A DNA stretch of 63,574 bases, counting the filler, from Asterionella formosa (Eukaryota): the NCBI GenBank assembly GCA_002256025.1. It is 23 parts of 23 records of this genome, joined end to end, with 100 filler letters (N's around TTAATTAATTAA, not from the genome) between each part and the next. Parts side by side here need not be neighbours in the genome. Positions count along the whole stretch, not along the records: positions 47,112 to 49,774 come from NKIB01014985.1; positions 49,875 to 52,536 come from NKIB01014987.1; positions 52,637 to 55,298 come from NKIB01014988.1; positions 55,399 to 58,057 come from NKIB01014989.1; positions 58,158 to 60,816 come from NKIB01014990.1; positions 60,917 to 63,574 come from NKIB01014992.1; 17 more parts are not named here. The stretch is one strand, 5' to 3'. A program made the position numbers and the translations under genes. The first letter of the stretch is position 1, and every line of letters begins with the position of its first letter. Of the stretch, positions 48,384-61,072 are shown one piece after another. Below the pieces are notes generated by a model, which saw only the letters and a list, made by a program, of their open reading frames with translations, ran no database searches and was not told where the DNA came from.

Positions 48384-49874
48384 TTCGACAGCTACCCGAG
48401 GAATGTTTCTCACCTCTTCACTCCTCTCAATGGATATTCCTTTCTTGCTCTTTCTTCCTCTGTTCTGAATTGTGTGCGAGGCAGTGCCTTACTGATGCTG
48501 CGTCTCTTTCCCTGCTGTAAGTGTCATTCTGAACTTGCCGACTATTCCGTTGTTTGATTGTTTTTATTGTCCTATGCATGCAGTTACAGTTACAATGAGA
48601 AGGATGATTTGTTAGCTAGTCATGTTACATTGACACAAGAACACGCAATTCCATCGTATCCTCTTGCTTCACTTACCACAAATCAATGCAACTGAGGATG
48701 CATAAGTCTGTAATAGTAACTTGTCAGTAAGACAAATTCTTGAATAAGTAAGTTTCGGGTATCCAATGTTGTCGAATAAAACTTATTGGTTCATTTTTGT
48801 CATCTTAACTTTGAGAGAAGGTAAACGTTTTGTCAGTTTTGTTCCAACAGAATTGAATATGTCCAACAAGCGACAAGAGCACTTACGCAATTTGGTTTGG
48901 TTTTGTTTTACATTGGTGCTCCCCAACAAGCGAAACGAGCTGTTGAATGAGCATCAACTGAGAAAAAAAGGAAATGTGGCTGCGTTTAGTTAACAATTTG
49001 TTGTTGTTCTGCCTGCCTCCCAACGATTGTCATCCAAGTACCACATTGATGACTTCAATACCTCAATCATTCTCCATCCTTCGAATGCGCAATGTGTCGA
49101 AGCCACAATGTTTTTCGTTATGTATTGCGTAAACTTTCTTTGCTTGTCATGTGCTTTACTGCGACCTATCTTTTCATGAAGCAGCAGGCATTGTTTGTTA
49201 ACATGACAGAACGATTTCCAAAATATATATGCCATGAATATAGTAATAAAATTTGTAAATATATATATATATATATAAATGTTATACATTTATAAAATTC
49301 AAAGGCGCTCTCGATATGGAACATCTGATATGGTTGGGATGATCATACTTGCATATACATAATTCGAAAATACTCAATGCAGTATATGTCCATTGTTTTC
49401 CACGACTACGTGTACCGGTATTGTTTCTGAAATTTGTTTGCATCGATATTTTCTATGTCCATTGAAACTAATTATTTAGACCGTTCAATTGCCGCAATGG
49501 TTTTGGTAGCAAATTGTTTAAGCCCCTTTTTTGGTTGGGAGCTCTTCATGTGTACCGGTACATCATATGACAATAACGATATATCATACCGGTATATATA
49601 TACAGAGTACCAGTAGCAGGTAGTAAGTGATATACTGGGGGTAGTCAGAGTAGTAAACTAGCAACAGAACACCATATGTTCAGGACTGTTGCTACTGCAG
49701 TGGGACAGTAAATCATCATAGTTTTAGGATCGTATGATCGTAAAACTAAAAACCAAAAGAACACCATATGTTCANNNNNNNNNNNNNNNNNNNNNNNNNN
49801 NNNNNNNNNNNNNNNNNNTTAATTAATTAANNNNNNNNNNNNNNNNNNNNNNNNNNNNNNNNNNNNNNNNNNNN

Positions 49875-50221
49875 TTCCTAGCCCTACCCTAACCAACCAA
49901 GCTGGGCCACAGCACCAGATGTTGCAACATGGAGTCCCCCCTCCCCCTGTTTACCAGCCCCAGGCCCTCCAACAGATGTCTCACCAACAATTCAATCAGC
50001 AATACGCCCAAGCACCTCCTCAGCAGCAGAGTATGCAACAACCTCCTCAACAACAGATGCAGCAACAGTACATGCAACAGCCTCCTCAACAACAAATGCA
50101 GCAACAGTACATGCAGCAGCCTCAAAATCAGATGCAACCACAGTATATTCAACAGGTACCTCCTGTTCCCGGACAAGGAGCGCCTCTTTCTCCAAAGGGC
50201 AACCCGTTTGACATGTATTAG
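49875..50221 (+). CDS. C-terminus of a Q/P-rich protein ending NPFDMY
   Basis: MQQPPQQQ repeats and a terminal NPF motif (EH-domain ligand, endocytic adaptor-like). The 5' end is truncated. Confidence 0.7.
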
Positions 50222-51016
50222 CTTCCATTATTTATTGTGTGTCTGTGTGTGGGTTTATTCATCACTACCAGTCGACCTTTTCTGGCCGTACTTGCAATAA
50301 ACGAAGATGATTATCATAAATTCTTGACGAAATTTACTTAAGTCACTCGTTAATTCGTTCGTGAATCGTATGAGTGAGTATAGGCTATATGGACTACATG
50401 AGAGAGTGTAAAAATGGTTTAATTTGAAAGACACGTCCTTGTGTTATGAACGCTTTTTTAGAGCGAATTATGACACGTTGAGGGGCGTGCCTCACCCTTC
50501 GAACGCCCCGAAAATTGGGTACTTTTCTTTGCCCATTGTTGTAGCTGGACAGCGATATCAAAAATGGCCCAGAATGCAGCCATTGAAGATTTTCCTTTCA
50601 TAGTGCCTCTGGGACTGATTATTGCTGGTTTTCTCTACAGTAGAAACTGTTGTTTTTGGAAGCGAGGGTTACCCGTTAAAACTTCAATGTTCGTACCAAG
50701 AACCGCCGATCAACGAAAGGGCGGGCAGATGAATAACTATCATCAGCAGAACCTTTCGAGCCTGGGGGTTAAGAAGAATCTTGGTCCAAGGCTCCTGAAG
50801 TTACTATTGTTTAAGGACAATTGTCTAAAGGAACTGGGAGTTGATTTTTGCATTGTTGGGAGTATTTGTGGCTTCGCATGAAAGTTGATTTGCTTGTGAA
50901 CGAGTCAAAAACAGCAAAAATATGCAAATAAATCCGATGGGTACACGCTGTTAGAAAAGCTGCTACATTCCACTCCATAGGCAACAAAAGCAGCCAGATA
51001 ATACATTCTATAAGTG

Positions 51017-52129
51017 TCAACTGAAGTTAATATTTTCCTTGGTCCATTCATAGACGACAAACATGGTGCCTACCATTGGAATCACCTTTAATAACTCTGG
51101 CGTCAGACCTCGATACATGCTCAGAAACCCCTCCCTTTCTAACATGGCAACTGCCTGTTGCCTCGCTGTAAGACGCTCGCCTTCAGGAATGTGAAGATTC
51201 TGTATCTGCATTCGACGGCGAATAGTATCGGCGGGAAAAGTTATCAGTGTAGAAAAGGCTCCACTGCAGGCTCCACAATACAGCGTCAACATCAAGCCCA
51301 GCTTCGTTTCTCCAGACTCGGCATCCACTCGGCGCATATTATAGAAAAGTTCGTCGTCCAAAACGTGTTCTTTCAAGGTCCCATACACAGTGTAGGAAAT
51401 AGCAAAATTTGGGACGGCAACTAGTAGTGTCGGTCCAATTCCAGAATAAAAACCAGTCAGCCCTTCCGTTTTTGCAATTTTTCTAAATGCATCTCTGATT
51501 CCTCGGTAATGCTCCTTTCCTTCTAGCTGCGTAGTTAGACGCGTTCGAACCAAATCGAGGGGATAGCATGCAATGCATGCCGAACTTCCAGCAACGGCAC
51601 CAGCCAGAAATTTGGTGCCCACCGTAGTATTGTTGTTGCTGTTGCTGTCTGGCTTGTTGCTTCTTGTGACATTTCTAGTGACTCGACGCGCCAGTTGCGA
51701 GCTAGTTTCATTGCGCTCCTCTTCCTTCGCTTCATGATTGGCTCTAAGTATGTGGAGCATATTCTCGTACACGAAAAAGTTAATCGCCGAGTACGGAAAG
51801 CGATGCAACACAGAAGTTCCGTTTCCTTTCCACAAGGACATGATTCCTCCACGTTCCACAATTTTCCGGAAGCCTCCAACAAACGACATGGCGAACCTGG
51901 GGCGGTTTGGAGTAGTTGTTACCATGGAATGAACTTGGAACAAAATGGTTAATCTGGAAAATGGTGCTGTCAATGTTTTGGCAGCGGATCCAGCGATTCC
52001 ACCACATAAGAGTTGCTTCACTGCTTCTGATGTCCTAGAATCGTTCATCGGCGATGCAGGCTTTTCCTTGTGTCTACCACTTTCCTTCGTTAGTGTGCTA
52101 GTCACTTCAGCGTTTGTGTTGTTACTCAT
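51017..52129 (-). CDS. Mitochondrial carrier family (SLC25) protein
   Basis: Three carrier repeats with Px[D/E]xx[K/R] signatures (PFSRLTI, PLDLVRTR, PADTIRRR) and [W/Y][K/R]G motifs. Complete and intronless. Confidence 0.95.
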   Translation of the reverse strand: MSNNTNAEVTSTLTKESGRHKEKPASPMNDSRTSEAVKQLLCGGIAGSAAKTLTAPFSRLTILFQVHSMVTTTPNRPRFAMSFVGGFRKIVERGGIMSLWKGNGTSVLHRFPYSAINFFVYENMLHILRANHEAKEEERNETSSQLARRVTRNVTRSNKPDSNSNNNTTVGTKFLAGAVAGSSACIACYPLDLVRTRLTTQLEGKEHYRGIRDAFRKIAKTEGLTGFYSGIGPTLLVAVPNFAISYTVYGTLKEHVLDDELFYNMRRVDAESGETKLGLMLTLYCGACSGAFSTLITFPADTIRRRMQIQNLHIPEGERLTARQQAVAMLEREGFLSMYRGLTPELLKVIPMVGTMFVVYEWTKENINFS

Positions 52130-52636
52130 TCTTTCTTAGTGGTTGAATCGGGGTTTTGCAGTAAGAAAATTTGCGTCGCTTCCTCCTCTCGCTTCCCTTC
52201 TCGATTCCCAATCAATCAATAACAGGTTGCCACCTTCGTCAACAAGCTCGATAAGAAAGATTACAGCACTACACAATGCACTACACAATTTGTTATTGGC
52301 GAACGGTCTGGTTCTTGCAGTTTGTTGCTCAAGTTGCCTTGTGACGATCTGATGAGAATGGAGCCAATGGAAGTACTGGTAAACTTCCTCATGGTCTGGA
52401 ATCTATATTAGGAGGTTGGGGTGCAACTCTTGTAGCTACTTTGCACATGATGCTAGTACCAGGGCATCTGGAACGGTTGGCAGGCAGTGTGGGGGGAGGG
52501 AAGTGCAAATACTTAATTGATAATGCATTAATAGCCNNNNNNNNNNNNNNNNNNNNNNNNNNNNNNNNNNNNNNNNNNNNTTAATTAATTAANNNNNNNN
52601 NNNNNNNNNNNNNNNNNNNNNNNNNNNNNNNNNNNN

Positions 52637-52733
52637 AAATCACGGCCTCGTTCGCTAGCACAGAGGTGCTGGTTACTAGAAGTGTGGCCACGAGCAACAA
52701 CGATCGAAGTAGTTCCACAATCTTCATTGTCAT
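52637..52733 (-). CDS. 5' end of a secreted protein
   Basis: MTMKIVELLRSLLLVATLLVTSTSVLA|NEAVI signal peptide. Truncated by the gap. Confidence 0.55.
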
Positions 52734-53406
52734 TGTTTTCTGATCTCCAAAATGCGAACCCGCGATATTGTTACTTACGATCGTATTTTTGCTATTGATT
52801 CTATTATCTGTTGGCGTACTGGTATCACGATATGTTGAATCTTTCTTGTCAATGATTATCATACCGTTAGTCCAGTAAATCATGATGGCAGCCAGCCCGA
52901 CAGCTATTATATCCCTTCCTCCGGTGTTGGCCAGGTATCCTCGTTTTCTATATCGGGAATGTGTATCCTCAATGTGTAGTTTCCAGATAGTACTCGTACT
53001 CTGATACCATACCAAGTACCTGGTACCATAAAGCTTTGGGATACATGTAGAGTGCTACAACACTACTAACGTACTATTAGCAACGAAAGAACACTAATTT
53101 TATCGAAACGGACACAACGGAAGCTAGGCTTGCTTGTGAGTGTAGCAACAGGCATTCATAGATGGCTGACCTTTTGAATTGAACGACCGGGACAAGTTCA
53201 GACCCTGGTACCGGTAACCCGGAAACTTTTTGACTTAAAGTTACCCGTTTTGGTTTTTCAAGAATTTATGGGGCCGTATGTAAGGTACCTAACCCTAGCA
53301 GGAACCAGGTATTTGGGCGAATGGTGCCGCGATAGCTTTTCAATCGTCAATCTTTGTATTTCAGGATGCTCGCAGTCTCAAAGCTCGTAAATTTTTTTAT
53401 TGGGCC

Positions 53407-53577
53407 TGATCAAACTGCCAATTGAAAACGGAACATTGGTGCTGGCCTTCTGATAGTTACTGGGAAGTTAGGGGGGGAGCGCGGGGGGGGGGTGGTTCAT
53501 CGATGGTGCCCCCAGAGCTACCAGTAACTATCAGAAGGCCAGCACCAATGTTCCGTTTTCAATTGGCAGTTTGATCA
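53407..53577. repeat. Perfect 57-bp inverted repeat with a 57-bp G-rich spacer
   Basis: 53407-53463 is the exact reverse complement of 53521-53577. Confidence 0.95.
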
Positions 53578-53817
53578 TTCTTTGATTGTGTCCTTCTTCC
53601 TTGTTGGCCTGAAAATTCGAATTGTGCATCATTTGTTCGTTTAGATGCAGTCTCCATCTACAGATCGTTACTGTGCGCAGGGACCTGTTTATGTACCGGT
53701 TGTCTACACAGAGTCTCAAATGTCTGTAAGTATTACATGTGTGAATAATTAATAAATATGCATACATATATACCAATTGAACAAGATATTATGCCGAATT
53801 GTCCACAAATCTTCACA

Positions 53818-55278
53818 ATGCATTGTATTTTCCCAAACCTCCTCCTTTCTGCTCTTCTACTAGCTGGAGAGCTATGTATGAAGCAGACTATCGGCCATGA
53901 GCAGGGGTATGAGTCACTGTCCAGGAGCAGAAGGAGAGAAGATCAAGTTATCTCGCCGGCCAACATTACCAAACTCCAGCAAGCTCTTCGCACGCAAGGA
54001 GAGGTCAAGTGCGACGAGACCACTGGTATGGCACTTGACCTATTCAAGTGCTCAAAGATCAACATTGTTGGATTCATGAGCATCAAAGACCTGGGCAGCA
54101 ACCTGACGAGTCCAAATGTTCCCTTTGGTTTCGCTAGCGACGTTTGGGGCTGGACAGACTCCTCGACGAAAAAAGAATATGCCCTGGCTGGTGTGTGGGA
54201 TGGGGTTTCTGTTGTTGATATCACCAAGCCTTCCAAACCGAAATTGGTTGGTTTCTTACCCACCACAGTGCCACCTGTGAGTGGCTACTGGTCCGAGATG
54301 AAGACCTTCGGCAATGTCGCCTACATTGTTCACGAAGAGAAGGATCATGGTGTTCAGGTACTCAACATGGCACGGGTAGTCAAGACGAAGTCTGTCGCTG
54401 GTACTACTCCCATTTTGAAAGCTGATGTGGTCCTTAACGAGGTTGGAAATGTTCACAATCTCGTTGTGGCGGCCAAGATGGGATATCTTTTGGCTGTGGG
54501 AATGAGCAGCACATACACAACGAATCCTTTATGTGTTAGCGGCATGGCAGCGTGGAATATAAAAGGAGCGAAGAGTGTAGCCCCTGAGTACGTAGGATGT
54601 CTCTTCCCTGAAATCCCGTATGTTCATGATGCCGTATGTGATCAATATAAAGGCCCTGATAAAGATCATTATGGCCAGCACATCTGTGTCTTGTCAGCTG
54701 TCACAGAGATTATTTTTGTGAACTTGGGTTCCAGGAAAATCATTAGCCGCGGACTTAGTTATCCTGGTGTGGGATTCGTTCATCAGAGTTGGATGAGTGA
54801 AGACCAAACGCAGCTCTTTCATAACGACGAGGAAGATGAGTTGCTGCGTACAAATGGTTTAAATGGAGAATCTGTGAACTACATCTTTGACATTCGAGAC
54901 TTGGACAAACCTGTTCTCTTAACCACAGTTGTCAACAAATTCAAGAGTATCGATCACAACAACTTTGTCAAGGGAAACTACATCTATCACGCCAACTACG
55001 GCGCCGGGATTCAAATCCGCCGTATCTTGGGATTGGGTAAAGTGGAGGAGGTATCCTTCATTGACTTAGATGACTCCTGCCCTGACGTGTGCGACTTTTC
55101 GACGTGCGAGATTGAACCAACTCCAGATAGCTGTGAATGCTACTCGAATCCTAAATACTTCTGTGATGTATTTTCAGGCACCTGGGGCATCTTCCCTTAC
55201 TTCGAATCTGGCACTCTAGTCACTTCCACAAGCTACGATGGCCTCTTCCTTCTCAAGTCTGCTGAAAAGCTCAAATGA
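53818..55278 (+). CDS. Secreted choice-of-anchor B / LVIVD-repeat beta-propeller-like protein
   Basis: Signal peptide; SDVWGWTD..KEYA, VHN, YVHDA.C..Y.GPD, VHQ.W, NDEEDE, IDHN, ANY.AG and W..FPYFESG motifs. Intronless. Confidence 0.8.
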   Translation: MHCIFPNLLLSALLLAGELCMKQTIGHEQGYESLSRSRRREDQVISPANITKLQQALRTQGEVKCDETTGMALDLFKCSKINIVGFMSIKDLGSNLTSPNVPFGFASDVWGWTDSSTKKEYALAGVWDGVSVVDITKPSKPKLVGFLPTTVPPVSGYWSEMKTFGNVAYIVHEEKDHGVQVLNMARVVKTKSVAGTTPILKADVVLNEVGNVHNLVVAAKMGYLLAVGMSSTYTTNPLCVSGMAAWNIKGAKSVAPEYVGCLFPEIPYVHDAVCDQYKGPDKDHYGQHICVLSAVTEIIFVNLGSRKIISRGLSYPGVGFVHQSWMSEDQTQLFHNDEEDELLRTNGLNGESVNYIFDIRDLDKPVLLTTVVNKFKSIDHNNFVKGNYIYHANYGAGIQIRRILGLGKVEEVSFIDLDDSCPDVCDFSTCEIEPTPDSCECYSNPKYFCDVFSGTWGIFPYFESGTLVTSTSYDGLFLLKSAEKLK

Positions 55279-55398
55279 TGAGGAGAGAAGCAGCTTACNN
55301 NNNNNNNNNNNNNNNNNNNNNNNNNNNNNNNNNNNNNNNNNNTTAATTAATTAANNNNNNNNNNNNNNNNNNNNNNNNNNNNNNNNNNNNNNNNNNNN

Positions 55399-55634
55399 TC
55401 TGCTAGCACATATTCCTTGTATAGATGCGAATGATACTGTTGCACCATGCGGTCTTGCCATTTGTCTATCTGATATTTCTTGGGTAAGAAAGTGTAGTGT
55501 CTCTCTAATTTGGCTCTGTCCGCGCTGTTGGACACAATGTGCTTGACTTTACGAGTCTTCTTGTAAGAGGCAACAACTCGATGAGAGAAGCTTGACAATG
55601 GTGGCGATCTGTTGATTTCTTGGCGATGAGACAT
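55399..55634 (-). CDS. FRA10AC1: FRA10AC1-like protein, N-terminal part
   Basis: LERHYTF....WQDRMVQQYHSHLYKEYVLA matches the FRA10AC1 W..R..K.Y..KL.KEY..AD motif. Confidence 0.7.
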
Positions 55635-55927
55635 GATGGCCAGGTGTCACAATGACGACCGCATGGTTGATAAGATGCTATCTAAAGACGAATTGGCCTG
55701 TTAGTAGTGCCCTGCTGTAATGCTAGGTCCAACAAGTTGGGACTTGAGGCCGTTCCAGCAGTACTTTTTACTAGGTTAGTATGTATCTACGTAGATGGAC
55801 AACCACGTTGTACCAGTACCCATCAAGTACTGTGGATATCTGATTCATCAAAACACACCACGAAAAATAAAGCGTTCTTTCATAAATCGGTGCTTCATTC
55901 GACCGCCATAAGCATGACGCTCCAATT

Positions 55928-58057
55928 TTGAATGAGCATGGCGTACAAGCAGAGTACGCAAGGAATGGACTCTGTCCTTATCATCCAGACATTCAGCTTC
56001 GCAAAAAGACGAGATTTGGAGGTTGGAAGACTGTGAAAGAGAGCTGCCCTAAATGCGATAGCATGCAGTCTCCTTCTTTGCCAGCAACACAATCTCAGCC
56101 TTCAACCCAAATTCCAACCACTTCAATTCAATCTCCGATTGCTGCAATTCTTTCAAAGATGAGAATGAATGAACGGAATGCTAACATTCAAACAGAAGGT
56201 TGTTCAGAACTTAGGAATTTGGCTTATGATAATGAAAACAACCAAGTGACAATTGCTAAAGCAGGAGGTATCACTACGATTCTGTCTGCAATAAAGACTC
56301 ATTCCTCAAATGCTAAGGTGCAAGAAAATGGTTGTGGAGCACTTGCAAACTTGGCTTTGAATGAAAACAATAGGGTGACGATTGCTGCAGCAGGAGGTAT
56401 CACTATGATTCTGTCTGCTATGAATGAGCATTCCTCCATTGCTGATGTGCAACACCAAGATTGTGAAGCACTTCAGAACTTAGCTATGAATAATAACATC
56501 AAGATGATGATTGTCAATGCTGATGGAAAAGCAGTTATTGAGTCTTCTATGCGAGATCACCAATCCAATGCTGGTGTTCAAGAATTTGGTAAAGCAGCTC
56601 TTCGCAATTTGACCCATTGTGGGAAATGTTCATCTCGGATTTAATTCAATTGGTGATGACGGAGCCAAGGCCATTGCAGAGGCTCTCAAGGTCAATACTG
56701 TCTTGACTACACTTGATCTCAGATATAATTCAATTGATAGTAATTTACTAAATGATATTCAAAAAATGGTTGATGGAAACAAGAACCGCAAACCAACAGC
56801 AGCCAACACAATTCAGCACACATTATCAACAACAACAACAAATGCAGCACATCCTTCTTCCCCAACCACTCCAACATCAAGCAGTAACAATCCAACTGAT
56901 CCCATTGTCGAAGATAGGTTTTTAACTTATCAACAACAGGAAGGCACCAATACAAAAGGAGACAATGAGCACATTGTACATGAGAATCTGGTCAAGCTAA
57001 TGGCAAAGACGCAAAAAGACAATGAACGTATTAAGATTCTCATTGAATCTTTTGAAGACAAGAAGTCAAATCAAGCATCTAGTTTTCAACTCACTACCAA
57101 GCATCAGGAAATATTGAATATATTATTTGAAAAATCAAGCCAGGACTCTGACGATCAGGAGGAACAAAAGGCAATCCTTTCTTGTATGAAATACAGTGAG
57201 TTCTATCTAGAACTTTTTGGCAAACTAAACTGTATGATTGGAGCTTGTGAGGGTCTTTCCTCAAACATGCTGGCAGCTGGTAGCAATGGTTCTGTACGTT
57301 CTTTTATCATCCAACTTCTTAGAAATAATAAAGTTGAGCAGATCAAGAATACCAAAATTGGTGCACTTGTTGCTAATGCCATCGGGGTTGTTAAGAATGA
57401 AATAAAATTACCTGGTGCGCATACAATTGGTTCTTTCTTTCAGATGATTGTTCAACTCAAAGAGAGTCGAGATCAGTGGCTGGGTGTTGCTAATGTTGCA
57501 GATTTTGCCACTCTAGCTTCCATACAAATATGATGTGGAGAGCTTTGCTAGAATAATGGTACGGGCATTGCATGCTCACCAAACATTTGGCACCATTGAT
57601 GACAAGTTTGGGAAATTCAAGACACGCATGCTGCAGTTGCTGGCTGAGAGAGTAAACTCACCAGCAAGGGAAAAAGGATGTGCAGTTGCTAACTGTGCTC
57701 TTGCTCACTTAATGAAGCCAGGAGTAGATACTCCTCTCTACAATCTTTTTGATAGTTTCAATTTCGAGATAAACCTGCATGAATGTCTTGCTGCAAATAC
57801 CTTGAACATGTCTATTGATGAAGTTAAGAAACTACCAAAGATTCAACTACCAAATACAGTCACTACCATGAATGCAAATAATGGTTCTGTTTTGAATCAA
57901 GTCATCAAATACTGTGTAACTGACAAAACGAAAGTGGTCAGTGATAAAGACGCCTTGATCATCCAAGGATCCAGTGGAGTTGATGTGGGTTTTCTTTTCA
58001 AGGAACTGGAAAACTTGAAAGTTTCCCAAGCTGAAGAAGTGCAGAGATTGAAAGATT
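55928..58057 (+). pseudogene. ARM-repeat + RI-type LRR + helical domain protein, disrupted
   Basis: N-terminal CPYHPDIQLR..GGWK..CPKC, ARM repeats (GGITTILSAM..H...VQE.GCGAL.NLA), and one LRR (NSIGDDGAKAIAEALKVN). Frame change near 56620 and a stop at 57531. Confidence 0.75.
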
Positions 58058-60226
58058 NNNNNNNNNNNNNNNNNNNNNNNNNNNNNNNNNNNNNNNNNNN
58101 NTTAATTAATTAANNNNNNNNNNNNNNNNNNNNNNNNNNNNNNNNNNNNNNNNNNNNATATAAGTTTAAGAAAGGCAAAGTGAAGGCTTTATTCAGTGCC
58201 AATGAGCGACGATGCAATGCAAAACCCTTTTTGGAAAAACTTCGACAGGAAATTGGTGCCATCACCACAATTGATTCTGAAGAAAAAGAAAGCAATGATG
58301 AGCGATGTGGAGGACAAAACTTTGGCTTGCTTGTTGCTACATCATCTCATGATTGTAGAATATTGAAAAATCTACTAGCTAGTAGTAGTATATATATTTT
58401 TGTGTTAATGATAGTCAATGTATTGTTATTTCCAGGAAACTAAACATGTAGAAGTGGATGCCCACCATTGCAACAATCCTTCATCATTTGGTTGATTAGC
58501 TAGCTATCTGGGAGACTGTTTTGCCAACACCATATGCTTCACTCATAAATGCGGTCAATAGCTACATGAGCAGTAAAGCTATCCAGCTCGAACTAAGCAT
58601 GCCACTGCTTCCCACAAGACCTTGCGCCAAGCGACAATATTGGCACTTTACATGCCCCCTTTCGACCCTTGTAAATAGACTAGCCTATCAGGCTTTCGAC
58701 CACCAATTCCCACTTCAAACTCCTGTCAGAGTACACAGAGTGTCTTTGGGGTCTTACTAAGAAGACTGTCGTGGTGGTATTCTGGCTCCACAACCAGCCC
58801 ACCATTACACCCACGTCAAATCCGAATTCATTTTCAAGTTGTTGTTCATTGTCGTTTTGATCGTTGCTTATTCACTCTTGGAGCCTGAAATTAAAATCGA
58901 AATTTGTATCATTGAAAGTTGGGGGCGCAGCTGCAGGGGCGACAGGTCGAAGGAAGCGTATGCAAATTGTTACCAAAGTGGTGCACAACTAACTTTGTTC
59001 TTTAGGGGAAGGTAGCTACGTGCAGAGTATTCTGTAATGTTGAGTACAATAAATAAGTTTTTGAACTGATAATCGAAACATGCGGCCCATCCAGCAAATC
59101 GTTGTTGTCACAAATAGTACTTTCCAGAAAAATGCGCTTGCCTTTAATGTTTGCTTCCGTTAGGGTTAAGCTTAGGCTTGTGTAAAAAACAGTCTGAGCG
59201 AACTTCCAACTCTTGCCATGCTTTGCTTGCCTACTCCCTGCAAAAGCATCATTTTCATCTGTTTTCTGTAAAGGAATGCATTGTTTGCATTGCTTGCATT
59301 GCTTGTCAAAAAATCGAAAGCTCTGCAATATCGGTATCGGTAAGGAATTGCATGCAGGTCATCACTGATATCTTGCTTATCATCCACTTTTGCTAAATTT
59401 CTTTCTGTTGCCAGCCAGCACCATGAGGAAAAAAAACCGGGAATCTACAGTCTACATTACGGGCTTTGACAGGCTTGCTTCGATTTATCGCTTAATGAGC
59501 ATGCTGGTTTTCCACGCCAAAGCCATACCAACATGAATCGCAGTTTAGCAACATGTAACAAGCACAATATAGCTACCTCATCTGGAAAGTGTGTGAGTCG
59601 ATTTTGCGAGAAAATAGACAAGTTGCTTCAACTGGAGCAACAATGACATCACTTCTCAGGGAGTGACACCAAATCACAATTACTGAAATCCTGAAATCAA
59701 GAGCGATGCATGCTTTCGGACTGGAAGCAAATTAAACCACCAACGCATCTGAAATCCCTGTGAGTCGATTTCCAGCCAAAGATAGCTAGTACCTAGTTTA
59801 TGCATAGAATTTGCTTCCCAATGCTGTGCATGACCATCAAGTCCTTCATAAGAATGTTAGTGTGTAGTGTGCAGCAGCCAAATTTTCTAGACAGCAGAGC
59901 TTTCTTTCAAAGGAAAAGCGGATGGATCACATTGCACTGGTCCAACAATAATTTATTTTAACTAGCTAATTTAACTAATTAACTTTATTGAGTTGTTTCC
60001 AGAGCTTGAAAGCAGCTGATTCCGAAGCTTGCTTCTTTAACAGGAACTTCGACACCACCAGTGGGGAAGGGAAAATCAAGAAGGAGGACATTCCTACTAT
60101 CATCAAGACCCCATTCCTTGGTAAAAGCGCTTTGTTACAAATTCCATACTGGTCCGATACGCACGCCTCTAGAAATTCCATACTGGTCCAATGCGCACGC
60201 CTCTGGACAAGAATGATCCAACTGTA

Positions 60227-60445
60227 CTAGTAGGTTGTGGTATGCATGATGCTAGTGATACCTCCTGCATCAGCAATCGTCACCTGGTTCTTGTCATTAT
60301 TATCAGCCAAGGACAGAAGTGCTCCACAACCTTTTTTTTGCACAGTAGCATTGGAGGAATGAGTTTTCATTGTAGACAGAATCGTAGTGATACCTCCTGC
60401 TTCAACAATTGATGCCTTCTTGGTGTCATTCAAAGCCAAGTTGCT
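60227..60445 (-). pseudogene. ARM-repeat fragment paralogous to 56200-56420
   Basis: NLALND.KKASIVEAGGITTILSTMKTHSSNATVQKKGCGALLSLA..NQVTIADAGGIT. Confidence 0.8.
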
Positions 60446-61072
60446 AATTGCAACCACAACCATTTTCTTGCACCTTAGGCCCTTGCTAACCATTGACCCA
60501 AACCAAAACCCAAAAACTTATTTTTGGATTGGTTTTGGTTTTGGTCAACTGACGCAAAAACGATGCTATCGGTTTTTGGTAAATCCTAAATGCTGTCAAC
60601 CACCCATCTACTGTGACGTAGGATGACAAAACCATTATAAAAAAAGTAAAATATTTCTATTAGACTACCGTATACTTCATTGTCCTGGACCCCCCCTATG
60701 GTTGCTGGACCCCCCTGTACATTTTTCTCGAGGTGGAACCAAACACCCAATAATTTTCTTGTCATAGACAAAGTAACGTGCCATAATTCTTTTTGTCCTC
60801 GTAGGCACTAGTATGTNNNNNNNNNNNNNNNNNNNNNNNNNNNNNNNNNNNNNNNNNNNNTTAATTAATTAANNNNNNNNNNNNNNNNNNNNNNNNNNNN
60901 NNNNNNNNNNNNNNNNATACTTTTGTGTTCAACGACGAGCAATACATGTTACTACAGTGTATGCAACAGCAACGATCGAATACACAACGCACAATATCTA
61001 GGAGCAGAGTAGCACTACAAAACAGGCTGCAGCTTTAACGCTCATCAACACCAGATTTACAACTCACTGACA

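Noticed and set aside
60495..60546. Imperfect hairpin of AAAACC/GGTTTT runs
   Set aside because: Low complexity, with no TSD or second copy visible.
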